NCBI GenBank assembly: GCA_951406725.2
Contig: OX597828.1
Location: 26,226,001-26,290,000, forward strand
DNA: 64,000 nt
Reading direction: 5' to 3'
Source: Octopus vulgaris
Lineage: Eukaryota
Below are positions 12,038 to 27,325 of the stretch, piece after piece. The position numbers and the translations under genes are program-made. A model generated the notes under the pieces. The model was not told the origin of the DNA. It made no database searches and was given only the letters and a program-made list of their open reading frames with translations. How positions within the stretch are numbered: the stretch's first letter is position 1; each line of letters opens with the position of its first letter.

Positions 12038-12766
12038 TTTCATGTACACACGCATGCTCACATTCATAAACATGCACATATACACAAACATACATATCCA
12101 GAACTAGTGTCCAACATGAGCGTTCAATTAAGATGGTAGGCTATGATTCGAAGAAGGAAATTTAGTTGTTATTTCTAGCTGGTCCAGTGACTAGGTAGAG
12201 GTTAACCTCATTCTTTGAGTGGAAATATATTTTCTTATTGCAGGATGGCAGTGTAGACAGAAAATTGCATAATAAATATTTGTCATCTTCATTATCACCA
12301 TTATTATTATTATTGTTGTTGTTGTTGTTGTTGTTGTTGTTATATTCATCTTAATTATTAATTATTTAATTTCTTTGTTTATTGATATCTTTTTCATTGC
12401 AATTACTACTACGACTGCTACCACCAACAATAATAGAAGCAACAGCAACACCGTCGAATAGCCATGACTGTAGATGCTACGTTATTGCTTCAGCTGTTAG
12501 AAATAGCAACCAAATATCTGTTCAAGTCCGAAATTACGTATCTTGCCATCATTTGGCATTGGTTGAGTGAATTATTGAATTGAAAGAACGCATTGGACAA
12601 CGCGGTTCATGATATACAGGAAAAAAAAGAAAGGAAGAAAGAAAAAGATACATGATGATCACAGCAGGTCTGGGATTAAACAACAAAAACAGGATGAACC
12701 ATCGCTATAATTATCTGACAGTTACTACCATCACAAAGACCACAACGATCATCATTATCATCGTCG

Positions 12767-12798
<32 letters not shown>

Positions 12799-13236
12799 TT
12801 CATCATCATCATCATCATCATCATTATAAAGAAATATATAAGTTTGAATATTTGCAGATTTCGTTTTTTTCTATACCTTTACGTTACAAAGAATGAAAAG
12901 CAATTGTTAAAGAAATATATTTTTAATGTGAAAAGTTCAAAGTTAATCCAGTTCTCTTGAGGAATGATCGCTTTGACATGTGCAGACTCAACTAATGCTA
13001 TTTTACTACAGTATATCTTTTACTTTTCTATATATATATACATACAAATAAATATAAATTCTTATCACTAATTTTCAGAAGCAATTTATATCTTAATTCC
13101 AGTCGTTCAAATTACTAAATTCGAAAGTTGACAACGATTTTTGCTTTCATGACATTACGTATCGAAATGGATTCACCTCTCCAGTCGCTCGTACCTATTT
13201 CTCCTCATAACCGATTCTACGCAAGTACCCGCCTAT

Positions 13237-13320
<84 letters not shown>

Positions 13321-13663
13321 CTTTGCAATTTATGCTCCTCTTCCCTTCTTATAACAAATAAATTATTATTGTTGTTATGATTGTTATTATTAATATTTAC
13401 GTTGTTGTTGCTTTGTTTATGCAAGCTGTTCCAAGTCTCACCCAGAGACCTCAAATAACAGCAAGTTGGACGTTTTACTAGGGGGTGATATTTGTGATTA
13501 GCAATGATATATCGTTGGGAAATGAGATCAGATTCTGAAAACTAAGGTTCTGTCGAATTTGTAATATATTTCAATTTTGAAAGACTTTTAAGAGAATCAG
13601 GTGTTTTCAGGTTGACAAATTTTTTTCTTAGTTATCATCATCACATCACCATCATCACTATCG

Positions 13664-13715
<52 letters not shown>

Positions 13716-13716
13716 C

Positions 13717-13912
13717 GCCTGAGAGAGCAGTTCATGCCATCAAAATGACACTGGGGTAAAATATACGAAACCCAGTATATCCATCATGACTACCCGTCTG
13801 ATAAGGGTACACCAGGCACATGCATCACAACCATATGTGCGTGACATGGTGATCTCATATCAAGATAAACAACACATGACATTGCAGGTGGGGCCCAGTT
13901 AGAATTTTCTTC
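13717..13912. repeat. Short interspersed element inside (ATT)n tracts
   Basis: About 195-bp complex block flanked on both sides by (ATT)n; single copy in this window. Confidence 0.45.
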
Positions 13913-13914
13913 TA

Positions 13915-13983
<69 letters not shown>

Positions 13984-13997
13984 ACTACTACTACTAA

Positions 13998-14102
<105 letters not shown>

Positions 14103-15175
14103 CATCATTATTATTATTATTGTTATTAGTGAAAAAAAAAATTGTATAAATCTTATGGGATTCTTCAGACGTTTTATTCATCCTCAAAAGTCTTCAAAAC
14201 ACATGAAGATGAATATATTTGCGAGTTACTAGCATCACGCCCCGGGGGAATGAACAAAACGACAGGAGAGTTCCACCAGATTTACACGAGACATTTTGAC
14301 GAAATGTTCTCTTTGTTTTTCTGTTTTCTTTCTTTATTTTTTTCTATTATCATCATTTTTTCTTCTTCTTTCCTTTTACTGTTGTTTACTATCCATGCTT
14401 TCCTTTTTTTGATTTATTGTATATTGTGTATACTTCAAATATATATATAGATATATTTCTTTTCTGTCAAACCCCCCACACACTTATGTCTGTCTTTGTA
14501 TTGTTCCCCCTAAATCCTTCGCCCTGGTGGCAAGCAAAACTAATAGTTATTATTGCTATTACCAGGATCACTCTGCACTCGCGAATAATTAGAGCAAGTA
14601 AGTCTGAGTGCTAGAAGCACATGAAAGAAGTGAAAAGAGGCAAGTGTTGAGACGTTATAGGGGTCAGGTAGAGATTTCTTTACCCGTCTGTATCATGTAA
14701 GTTGCCCTATTTTTGCTTTTTCGTTTTGAGGGGGCTTTTTTGTGTTTTTTCTTTTAGATTATATTCCGTTTAAAGCACTCCAGTGTTTTACATATTTATG
14801 CCGTTATTGAATTTAATTATTATTGCAGCAGCGTGGCGAGAAGGTGAGGATGTACTGCGCGGACGACGCTTTTATGGAGTTGTACATTTGGGTATGTTGC
14901 ATTAGCCTTGCTCAGGGTTGAGAGATCGGTGTAGGGCGATAAATTCAAGTGTTGCTCCAGGTGTCACACGTTCTAGTTACGTCACTGAATCATTGGACAT
15001 TGCCTGAAAAGTTTTTAGAATACCCTAATAAATTCTTTAACCTATCTTTTCCCCTCCAGTTTTGTTTGTAAGCCCTCGTGGTTCGTAATACATTCTGCAA
15101 CTCGTTTATTGCACATACGGATGTGCCCAGCCAGCCAAATGAAATATTACTATTGTTGGTGTTGTTTTATTGCTG

Positions 15176-15193
15176 CTATTATTATTATTATTA

Positions 15194-15266
<73 letters not shown>

Positions 15267-15319
15267 CATTATTATAATTATTATCATTATTAATTTTATT
15301 ACTAATATTGTTATTATCA

Positions 15320-15374
<55 letters not shown>

Positions 15375-15417
15375 TAATATTATTATTATTATTATTATCA
15401 TTATTACTATCATTAGT

Positions 15418-15471
<54 letters not shown>

Positions 15472-15602
15472 TTTATTACTAATATTGTTATTATCATTGT
15501 TATTATTATTATTATTAATTTTATTACTAATATTGTTATTATCATTGTTATTATTATTATTACTACTACTACTACTAATATTGTTATTATTATTATTATT
15601 AT

Positions 15603-15639
<37 letters not shown>

Positions 15640-15667
15640 ATTATTATTATTATTATTATTATTATTA

Positions 15668-15711
<44 letters not shown>

Positions 15712-15722
15712 GTTATTATTAT
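15176..15722. repeat. Long compound (ATT)n microsatellite with higher-order repeats
   Basis: About 550 bp of ATT triplets; variant block attaattttattactaatattgttattatcattgtt occurs three times. Confidence 0.9.
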
Positions 15723-16329
15723 TCGGTTTTGCTTTAATTTATATTAACTGCACCCAAATTTCAACCGGCAGCGTTAACAGACAACAAGATTTTTGCATCT
15801 AAAGATGTTAATAGGTGACGTGCCAAGCAATCGTAAAAACAAAAATTTGGTGCCTGTGTGGAAGCAAACGAACCTCTTTATAAAATTTAAAATAAAATGG
15901 AATGAATAATACCGCATTTGCACGAGCAGGAATTTACGTAAAATACGTGAGGCACCCAGAAGTATGATGATTGAAATTCTCTTGTTCTAATTTCAATATA
16001 TATTATTTTGTATTTATATTGCTTGCTTTCATTATACTGCCCCGTACAGCTCCGTATTCGCTGCGTGTGCGCGGAGTATATTTTTGCCTTGTATTTCTTT
16101 ATTATATAGAAAGTATTGTCCGCGATATGTGTACAATAGATAGTAAGGTTTAATTAATGTAGATTCCGTATGTAAGTCCTGAGTTTTGGTCATTGGAGGT
16201 TTGGTGAGAACAAGTCTCCTCAAATATCAGGAATTTTCCTTAAGACTTTTGTGCAACACAAGATTGCAATTTTCTACAAGCCGAAAATGCAGGTCACTAT
16301 TATCATTATTATTATCGTTATTGTTGTTA

Positions 16330-16467
<138 letters not shown>

Positions 16468-16677
16468 TTGTGGGTGATATCGAATGTGAGGCGAACCGTG
16501 GGTTGGTTAACGTCTGTCCATTTTAAATCATGAAATGACAGAATTTGCTTTCATCTTTGAGTGCAAAAATTACTTTAATATTTCTTAACGTGTATCCGAG
16601 TGTCTGTGAATGTGCGAATGCGTGAGACGCATGGAGATGGGAAATTTTAACAAGGGTAGTGCTTGCCGTGGTAATAA

Positions 16678-16716
<39 letters not shown>

Positions 16717-16849
16717 TAAAATCTAGGAAGAGTGAACATGTTGTCAAGATGATGTTTTAGTATTAATCGGTTGGTGTTAAATGCATATTGTCACGTGACA
16801 AACATTGAATGAAAGAATACCACAAAAACTGGAGAAATTACGAAAGAAA

Positions 16850-16889
<40 letters not shown>

Positions 16890-17007
16890 GCCTTAATAAT
16901 TTTTGCTGTTTGACCTTGATATAGAACAACTCCACATATGTAAGTTTGATTATAAATGTACACGTGTGTGTGTATGTATGTATGTATGTATGTATGTATG
17001 TATTATG

Positions 17008-17058
<51 letters not shown>

Positions 17059-17098
17059 TTTTATAAGTTTCAGCCTCGGCCATGCTGGGGCACCGCCA

Positions 17099-17145
<47 letters not shown>

Positions 17146-17528
17146 CATGCATGTATATGTAGTTATGTGTGTGTCTTTATATGTATGTGTTTGTGTATGT
17201 GCATATATTGCATATTGGTGTGTAAGCTCTTGCTTTACGGATGTCTTCTTTTATGACGTGGGCCGTCGTTTTGCCTGAATATTCCTCTGTTGCATGATGA
17301 TGATGATGATGATGATGACGACGACGATGATGATGACGATGATGATGATGATGGTGGTGGTAGTGATGATTGTGGTGTTAATGAATTTTCTTTGAAGAAA
17401 GACCGAAGTGGTAAATGTATTGACTCTCCCAGAGTAAGAATATCATGCTTCGAGTTACTAATGGAAAGAAAATTTATACTTCGATACACAACCACACAAA
17501 CCACCGACTTTCCTCCATTTTTAGATAA

Positions 17529-17560
<32 letters not shown>

Positions 17561-17645
17561 ACACACGCACAACCACACACACAACCACACGCACATACAT
17601 ACACACACATGCACACACGCACGCGCACACACACAAGCACACACT

Positions 17646-17677
<32 letters not shown>

Positions 17678-18852
17678 ATATATTGATAAAACGGATATAT
17701 ATATATATACACATATATGTATGTATACATATATCATATTCGTACACATATTAACAAAAATTAACCACGCCACTACTACTACTACTATTACTACTACTAC
17801 TACTACCACTACTACTACCACTACTACCACTACTACTACTACCACTACTGCGTGGTCTGTTTAGGAGAGAAAATATGATTGTGATTTTTTGTTTGTTTTT
17901 GTTTGTTTTTTTTTTGCCGAGCGCTGGGAGTTCAAGAATCGTCTACTTTAAATAGCTTTGAGAACGAAAAAAGGTTTGACTGCATCCAAAGAATACAAAG
18001 AACCATGAGTTTATATTCTTTACAGAAATATTTCATGCAACGGTATCGTGGCCTCATACTTGGATATTTGCACGCTTACTCAACATATGTGTACGTGCGT
18101 GTGCGTGTATGTGTATGTGTGTGTGCGTGCGTGTGTGTAATTTAAATGCAGTCTTCAGAATGGTTATTGCTGTAACTCAAAGATTCCCCGGTTGAATAAC
18201 ATCATAATATTCAAGATTCCCATGTTTCAAAAAGGTCATTCCCACTGATATATACCGTTGTTTCGATTCCATTTCAAAACTTAATGGAATGAACTGTTAG
18301 TTCCTGTTGCTAAATATACAGCGGGTTATACCTGTTTTTTGTTTTGTTTTGTTTTTGTTTGCTTGTTTGTTTATTTTGTTTTTGTTTTTTTTTATCCTTT
18401 CAGAAAAATTGTTGAGAAGTTACGATAATTTCGAAACATTTGTTTTCTAAAGTTTAAAATATATACAATTGGTAAGAAAAGGAGAAAAGTAGAAATTCGA
18501 GATTGAAAGAACTGAATAGCGAGTGCACACATGTCTAAATGATGTTATGCACTCAATAAGTGTGCGTGAGTGTGTCTATAGAAATATGCTTGTGTGTGTA
18601 TATGTGTGTGTATATGCTATTATTATCTCTTGATTTTTATTCTTCAAGATGTTTTAATGAAATAAAAGCCGGTATCATATGAAGAATGTAGTGCTTTCAT
18701 TGTAATTTAGACATACTGAACTTTTACAGCGTCTCGCATATTTTCAATGTTCCGCTTACAAATGAAATTTGCATAATGTGAGATGTTTTAGTGCCCTATT
18801 TTCTCTTCATTCGTCAAGCTCCAGTTTTACCGTCTTAAATATGCATCCAGTT

Positions 18853-18929
<77 letters not shown>

Positions 18930-19428
18930 AAGCACGTATGCATAAATGAGCAACAGGCAGGAAATGAAGAGTGGAAAATAGAATGTGAGGGGAATTAAAA
19001 TATAACAAAGCAATTTCAGATTGGAATTTTTAACTGGATTTTGGAATCAGTTTGTCTGAGAACGGCTTCCCACTCTACGAAGATCACCGTTCAGTTCATT
19101 AGCAACGATGATGATGAAGATACGAAGTTTGGTGTTGTTTTTATTGTTGCTATTATTGTTATTATTATTATCATCATCATCATCATCATCATCAACATCA
19201 TCACTATCATTAATATTATTATTATTATTATTATTTCTAACATAAGCACAATGCCTCGAATGTATGGGAATGTGGGAGGTCGGTATGGCCGCCGATTAAA
19301 ATGAACTTCGTTTTTAATTAATGCTTATGTCTATCAACCAAGATATTTATAGTGATGCTGTTGCAGTTGGCGATTATGTTGATGATGATGATGATTAGGA
19401 GGAGGAGGAGGAGGTGGATAACAATAAC

Positions 19429-19481
<53 letters not shown>

Positions 19482-20171
19482 TAACAATAATGACGATGCT
19501 ATTCATGATGATGATGATGATGACAAAAAAGGAACGAAACAAACAGAATGGCTATATATATACATACATATATATATATATATATAAGTATATACATGTG
19601 TGTCTATGTATATATATGTGTGTGTGTATGTATGTATTTGTACACACATACACCACACATATATATTATATATATACACACACACATACATACATATACA
19701 ACACAATTTATATGAACAAAAAAACAAAAAAAAAACAACGAGACCAGTATATAAAAGTGAGCGCATATTATATTTAAAAAGGTGTGGAAAAAAAAAAATG
19801 TTTTTTCGAAGCCAATCTAGGAAAGAAAAAAAAAATCAAGTGAACCATTTGAGCAAGATATAGATAAAATAATTGGGAGCGAGACTTATCCACCATTTTT
19901 TTTTTTTTACATAAGAAACAGATTATAGCAACCACAAGGGTGGCTTAAATACAGCCAGTTATAGTATCATCCACGGAGATATACAAATATTATAAAGAAC
20001 TAAGAAAACTGTAATTTTTTTTTTACAGTTTGCCTAATGGCATAATTTAGCTTTTGTTTTTGTTTTTTTTTTTTTTTTTGTTGTATCTTATTGTTGCATT
20101 ATTTCTGCCTTTTTTTTTTTTTCGTAATCGCTATTCTATAATATAACAACACTGCTTCTCCTCCTTGTGTA

Positions 20172-20211
<40 letters not shown>

Positions 20212-20953
20212 TGTGTTTTGTGAAAGAGTTGGTATGTGTGCCGATGTGTATGTTTATGAAACAGTCTTTCAGCAAATTCTTTACGGGGAGAGGAGACCAA
20301 AACAGATGCCTGAAAGGGACACACAAATACATGTGTGTGTGTGTGTGTGTGTGTGGTTTTTGCATGTATATCCATGCGTGCATGTGTGTTTGTGTATGCG
20401 TGTATGTGATGCGTTCCTGTGTGTGATTTAGTACAAAAAAATTGCATACTTCTGTATAGAGAGAGGTACTTTTGAAAAGTGCATATATACGTCTTAGCAT
20501 TTTTATTTTATTTAATTTTTAAATTTTTATTTTTACTTTATTGTTTGATATTTATCATGAAATTTATTTTTTATTCTTCATTTAAATTTTTAATTAAAAT
20601 TTTTTTCGAGCATTTTTTTCCTTCTTGTTCAACTTGGCACTATAGAGAAAACAGTGTTCTCTCGAATGCACACTGATTATATGGAGGCACAAAATGGACA
20701 AAAAAATAAGGGTAGAAATAGTATTAAATTTGGTCAATTATTTTGAGTTCCCTGAGACTCGGAATAAACCGTTGACACTAGATTCTTATGTCTAACTAGA
20801 AGACGCTTTGCTCTATATATACAAAGTACTTGATTTGTCATGCTCCTTCCTCCAAATATCATTTATTTCGTAGAATCTAATCCCACCCGACTGACGACGC
20901 AATATGCAAGAAACAAGTAGACCAAAATCAAAGTTATTTTGATAGGTAACAAA

Positions 20954-21034
<81 letters not shown>

Positions 21035-21429
21035 TGATAATAATATTTTTCTTAGAAATGATTTAATTAATGAATAAAATTATGTAAAAAGAACAGTAAA
21101 GGATGAATTAAATGATAATTACTATCGAAAGTAATCAAGACAAGGAGACGAGGATAGAAGTGTGTATTGATTGAACGATGGTTAGGGTAGCGTAGGTTGT
21201 AAATGTCTAATTATTTACTTATACACACATCAAACAAACGGAACCAGCCAAATCGAAATCCCAGGACACGCACATTCATACACACACTCAAAAACATATA
21301 CATAGATATATGCATAAATATATGTGCATATATGCATACAAATACACATGCATATAGATGTATATGTACATATATATTATAAACGGATACACACACACAC
21401 ACATATATATGTGTGTATATATGTATGTA

Positions 21430-21477
<48 letters not shown>

Positions 21478-22037
21478 TATAGTTATATAGATATATATAG
21501 AGAGATATATTTGTATATATAGAGAGATGTATTTGTAAATATATATACATATACATACATATATATATATACATATATATATATGTTTATGTGTATATAT
21601 AAATATACATACATACATGCATGCATACATACATACATACATACATACATACATACATACATACATACATACATACATACATACATACATACATACATAC
21701 ATACATACATACGGATATGCATAAATATATAGTACCTGAAAAAGAGAAAGGGAAAAAAGTCTTAACGGCTGCCTCGCAGCGATATTCCGCCATGCATTGA
21801 TAATAATTTGTAACTATGGTGATAAGTAATAATATTCCTGAAAATGTCAAATTCGAAAAAAAAAATATACATAAGTAATTTATGAAACTAAATTAATTAA
21901 AAAGAAAGGGGCGAAAATGTAGCTTTTGCCTAATAAACATATATCATATATAGTGTGTATGTATATGCGTGTGTATATGTGTGTGTTTGCATATGCATAT
22001 ATATATATGCACATACGCACAAGCACATGACCGTGTA

Positions 22038-22125
<88 letters not shown>

Positions 22126-22255
22126 TAATATTAGGGATAAATTCACGTGAATTTATCCCTAATTAGTGGTTTGAGTTGTTTACTGCTCTTTCTAACGCAA
22201 GGCATGGAAGCCTCTTAATGTGTTTTAATGTAAACGATATTTTATATATATATTA

Positions 22256-22309
<54 letters not shown>

Positions 22310-22428
22310 TTATACTTATATATATACACTTATACTTATATATATACATAAACATGCATATACAAACACAGACATATATATACACACACACGCATATATT
22401 CATGCAGACACACACACACACACACTCT

Positions 22429-22477
<49 letters not shown>

Positions 22478-22612
22478 ATGCATACATAGATACATACGGA
22501 CTATTATGCATGTGCGGTACATGCATTTGTGAATACGTCTCTGCTGTGTACAAGTGTGCGTTCACTCCAGACGGAGCGAAAGTAGAGAAAGTAACGTAGG
22601 CTGCTGCGGATG

Positions 22613-22644
<32 letters not shown>

Positions 22645-23099
22645 GCGAAGAGGGAGAAAGAGAGAGCGTGTGTGTATGTGTGTGTGGGTGGGGGGGGGAG
22701 AACAGAATCGGTGAAAGGAAACGACAACAAGTGCATAAAGACTATCCTTCTTGGCACTATTTAAATGGCAGGCAAACCTCCCATACCATGCTTGTTTGCT
22801 GTTGTCTGTGTGTGCATGTACAGCAGTGAATCTATGTGTGTGCGTGTGTGTGTGCCTGTGTGTAGCATGTATAGGTGTCAAGTGTAGGGAAAAACGGTTA
22901 AAACCGACACCATTTTCCTCTCTTTTCTTGTCTCCTTTGTGGCTTTTTTTTTTGTTTATGTTTGTTTGCCAGTGTTTGCGTGTTCGCTGTATGTCTTGTA
23001 GTTTCACTTTCATTATCATTCATTTCATTAACGTCCCTTTTCCAGGCCGCAAAGCTACTTTACTCTACGTACTGCCTTTATGGCAAATGTAATGAAAAT

Positions 23100-23406
23100 A
23101 AAGAAGCTTGCTTCCTCACCACATGGATCCTTGGGCGAGTGTCTTCTATAGCCTCAGGTCAACCAAAGCCTTGTGAGTGGATTTGGCAGACGGAAACTGA
23201 AAGAAGCCGGTCGCATATATGTGTGTGTGTGTGTGTGTGTCTCTGCGTCAGTCCCCCCCCCCACCATCTCTTGACAATTGATAGTGATGTGTTTAGTGGT
23301 TCGGCTAAAGAGACCGATAGAATAAGTACTAGGCTTACGAAGAATAAAGGCGGTGCTCCAGTATGGCCGCAGTCAAATGACTGAAACAAGTAAAAGAATA
23401 AAAGAA
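23100..23406 (+). mobile_element. SINE family B copy
   Basis: Same body and tail as 51424-51775, with an internal (TG)n. Confidence 0.82.
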
Positions 23407-23507
23407 TGCCGATCACCCACTTAACATTCGTAGTTGTATATATATATGTGTTTTGTGTGCGTGTGTGTGTGTGTGTGTGTGAGAGTGTGTGTTTAAACAT
23501 ATATATA

Positions 23508-23962
23508 TTAGGTTGTTCGGAAAATACTGTCCGATTTTTCAAGAACATTTTTTCATATTCAGTTTAAGATGTTATTTTTGTATTGTTTTAGGTGAAATTT
23601 TACATGCTTAATAATTAATGTGTACTCTTTAATAAATTTTTATTGATTTCTTTCAGAATATAATTTTGAAGCGTAGAAATCTTTAATATCAAACATGAAA
23701 AATGAAGAAATGCATTTACTTCATTTTTGCATGAAGTCAAGCTTGGACATAAATGCTTCCCAAACAGCCACCAATATCAACAGAGCTTGGGGTGAAGGGT
23801 CCACTAGTAACCGGACGGTACGATCAAGAAGGGAGAGGACGTCCATCCACCCTTGATAATCAACATTTAAAAACAATAGTTGAACAAAAACCTACGACAA
23901 AATGTCAGAGAAATGTCGCGTGTTTGTCGGTATTTCAGATCACCAGAAGAAAATCGGCAAAG
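23508..23962 (+). mobile_element. 5' fragment of a mariner-like transposon
   Basis: Begins after (TA)n with TTAGGTTGTTCGGAAAA, a mariner-type terminus. Degenerate peptide EGRGRPSTLDNQHLKTIVEQKPTT resembles the mariner GRP linker and second HTH. Ends in (TA)n. Confidence 0.65.
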
Positions 23963-24020
<58 letters not shown>

Positions 24021-24504
24021 TAAATTCCGTGCTGCACGGAACTTTGTCAGTGAACGGGTCACGGTCTCAAAGCGACAAAATTATTTTGGCAAATTAAATT
24101 TAAATGTTGAAGTAAATCTAACGGTTTTTGTGTGTTTTTAAATGGCTTATAAACACCTTCCACGCTGCAATTGTTTTCATTCCAGCACACGATCTCAGAT
24201 CAGGTCACTTGCTATGCAGGTACATCTCCGTAAGATATATATATATATATATATGTTGAGTGTATATGTGTATACATTTAGAAACAAACACACTGAGCTG
24301 AATGCAATCAACCAGCCAGCCAAGCAGTGCATGTATGGTGTACCGAGCTTTTTTTTTTATTGTTCAATTCGTTAAAATCGCTACACTCGCGGTTCCAGTT
24401 CTCAGCTCTTGACAACGAAAATAAATAAATAATCAAATATAAAAATACAATTGCATTATGTCATCAAAGCACTGCATTTCTTCATTAAAGACATTTTAAA
24501 ATTA

Positions 24505-24638
24505 TGGTCGGTCAGCAAGATGTTCGCTTCCGAACCACGTGGTTCCGTGTTCAGTCCCACTGCATGGCACAACGGTTTGCGAGCCGACCAAACAGTTGTG
24601 AGTGGACTTCGTAGACGGAAACTAAAAGAAGCCCGTCG

Positions 24639-24669
<31 letters not shown>

Positions 24670-24792
24670 CTTTATATTTGCCTCCCACTATCACTTGACA
24701 ACTGATGTTGGTTTGTTTACGTCCCTGTTTAGTGGTTCGGCAAAAGATATCGAATGGCCGCAGTCCAATGGCTGAAGCTAGAGAAAGATAAA
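24505..24792 (+). mobile_element. SINE family B copy
   Basis: ggttccgtgttcagtcccactg...gtgagtggacttcgtagacggaaactaaaagaagcccgtcgtatata(tg)n...atggccgcagtc. Confidence 0.8.
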
Positions 24793-25109
24793 AGCGTGTG
24801 TGGAAAGCGGACATCAAAAACGGAACCTTAATACATGAGTGTCCAAAGTTGGAATTTCAGGAGCATATCAAATCAAGGTGTAATAAATATTACCTGAATT
24901 CTGAAATACATGGAAAGTTGTTGTGTGGTGTTAAATAAATGCAATTTCTTTTTTTTTTTTCTTACAAAACAAAAAAAGTTGATATTTTGTCATCTCTAAA
25001 AGATAACTCTATGAAGGGGATGCCTATTAAATCGATAAAATACTTAAGTACAGACCATGTATTGGAGCCTATACGATCGATTGTTACCTCCTGCCAAACA
25101 TACCATCAC

Positions 25110-25161
<52 letters not shown>

Positions 25162-25504
25162 GAGGTCACCTTGTCTTTTATCCATCGGGGTCGATAACTA
25201 GAAATACTAGGCAAGTACTAGAATTAATGACATCAATTCCTACTTTCAAAATTGCTGGCCTTGCGCCTAAATTAGAATCCATATTTAGTGTAATGGTTGC
25301 TGTTGTTGTTTTTATTTATGGTTATCAGAAGTACACGAGGTGTTCGCTTTGTTCAAAAAGAAGAATGTACATGTTTGGGAAATACGCATATAAGATGTTC
25401 AATTGCTCTCTGAGAACTTCCCTTAAAAAATAATTGCATCATGCTATTTTCTTAAAAGTGTCTACATAGATGATGATGATGACGATGACGATGATGATGA
25501 TGAT

Positions 25505-25540
<36 letters not shown>

Positions 25541-25603
25541 TACAATATAATGATGATGATGATGATGACTTCGACGACAACGACGAAGATGATAATGATG
25601 ATG

Positions 25604-25682
<79 letters not shown>

Positions 25683-26425
25683 CGATGGTGATTTGTTTTA
25701 AAATGCAAGGCCACAGATTCATGCTTTTCTCCGGGGTATTAGCAACTTAAGCGAAACATATAAATAGATGAAAAAATGACTTCAATGAGGGGTTGGAACT
25801 GGTACAGGAACTCTGCTAGCTGGAAAAATTTGTCTTTCACTAATCGACGGTAGATGCATTAGTATGTAGTTAAGTAGATTGGAAGTTGATCAGAGGTGAG
25901 AGTCACAGCTGGACCGCGGCTGCCATTATAATTCTGTTCTCATCTAGGATACATCATAAGAACATCACATCGAGTGCCAGAAAATTAAAGGACAACTTTC
26001 ACCTCTCGGAGCAGCTGTGTATGTGAACACGTGATAGTAAAGGTTCATAATTGAATACTTTAATACGGTTTCGCGGAATCTCTGCGAATCAACTGCACCG
26101 AGATTGAATGGTCGCTGGTCCGTTATCCTGTAACTAACGCAGCAAAAAATCCCACACACCCAATTGAAAATGTCAGTTAGCCTATAAATGACCTCTAATC
26201 TATCAATAATATCCGATTGCCTGCAAGCCACAATGACACCAGCGAACAGTGATGGTCACACTGATTTCTCGTAGTAGTTTCCCGTGAATCTTCATTTCAA
26301 TGGCTGGTAGTTATGCTATCGACAACGACTTCACACCCCCCACCCTAGACAGATGGATAGCGAATTCGACCGAGGCACGAACCAAAGTTTCTCTCAACTC
26401 AGCGCCATTATTATTATTATTATTC

Positions 26426-26511
<86 letters not shown>

Positions 26512-26524
26512 AATAATTATAATA

Positions 26525-26581
<57 letters not shown>

Positions 26582-27146
26582 GTAATAATGATGAGTTATT
26601 AACTTGGCACAAGGAATTAAGAATCAATCCGTAGAAAACATGGCTAACACATGAAATTCCTCTTCCTAAAGTCAACCAAGGCGTGACTCGAACTCGGCAA
26701 TCAGTCTTCTGTAGAGACAGACATACGACCGACCTTCATTTGGTGCCTTAGGGCGGTTTACTGGTCATACGGTTGGCAGACGGGCTGTTGTGACAATCTG
26801 ATAAAAACTTGAAAAAATGAGTCTGGGAAAATATGGTTTGTTACTAGCAGTGAGAGAGAACTTTCTAACCATACGTAGATATATTCAAATATATACATAC
26901 ATACACCCACCCACACACACACATGCATAAATACATACATACATATATACATACATATATTCATACATACATACACACACATACATATGTGCATATATAT
27001 GCACATGTATACATGTTTAAACAGATTGCCGTTCAAACATACATACAGACATACAAGTACCAAATTATGTGTGTGCATGTATATAAAATGCAAACACATA
27101 TATGTATATATATGAATGTATATATTTATGTGTGTGTGCGTATGTA

Positions 27147-27185
<39 letters not shown>

Positions 27186-27265
27186 ATATACACACACACA
27201 CATATACATATTTGTCAAAACCATTACTGTTCACATGAAGGCAATTACCCACGTCATTTGATTAT

Positions 27266-27325
<60 letters not shown>

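Noticed and set aside
13795-13820. CTGATAAGGGTACACC hammerhead-like start
   Set aside because: Core mismatch and no GAAA after the putative stem.
25750-26400. Complex unique stretch, possibly an old TE or exon
   Set aside because: No recognisable protein motif, TIR or second copy in the window; cannot be called without a database search.
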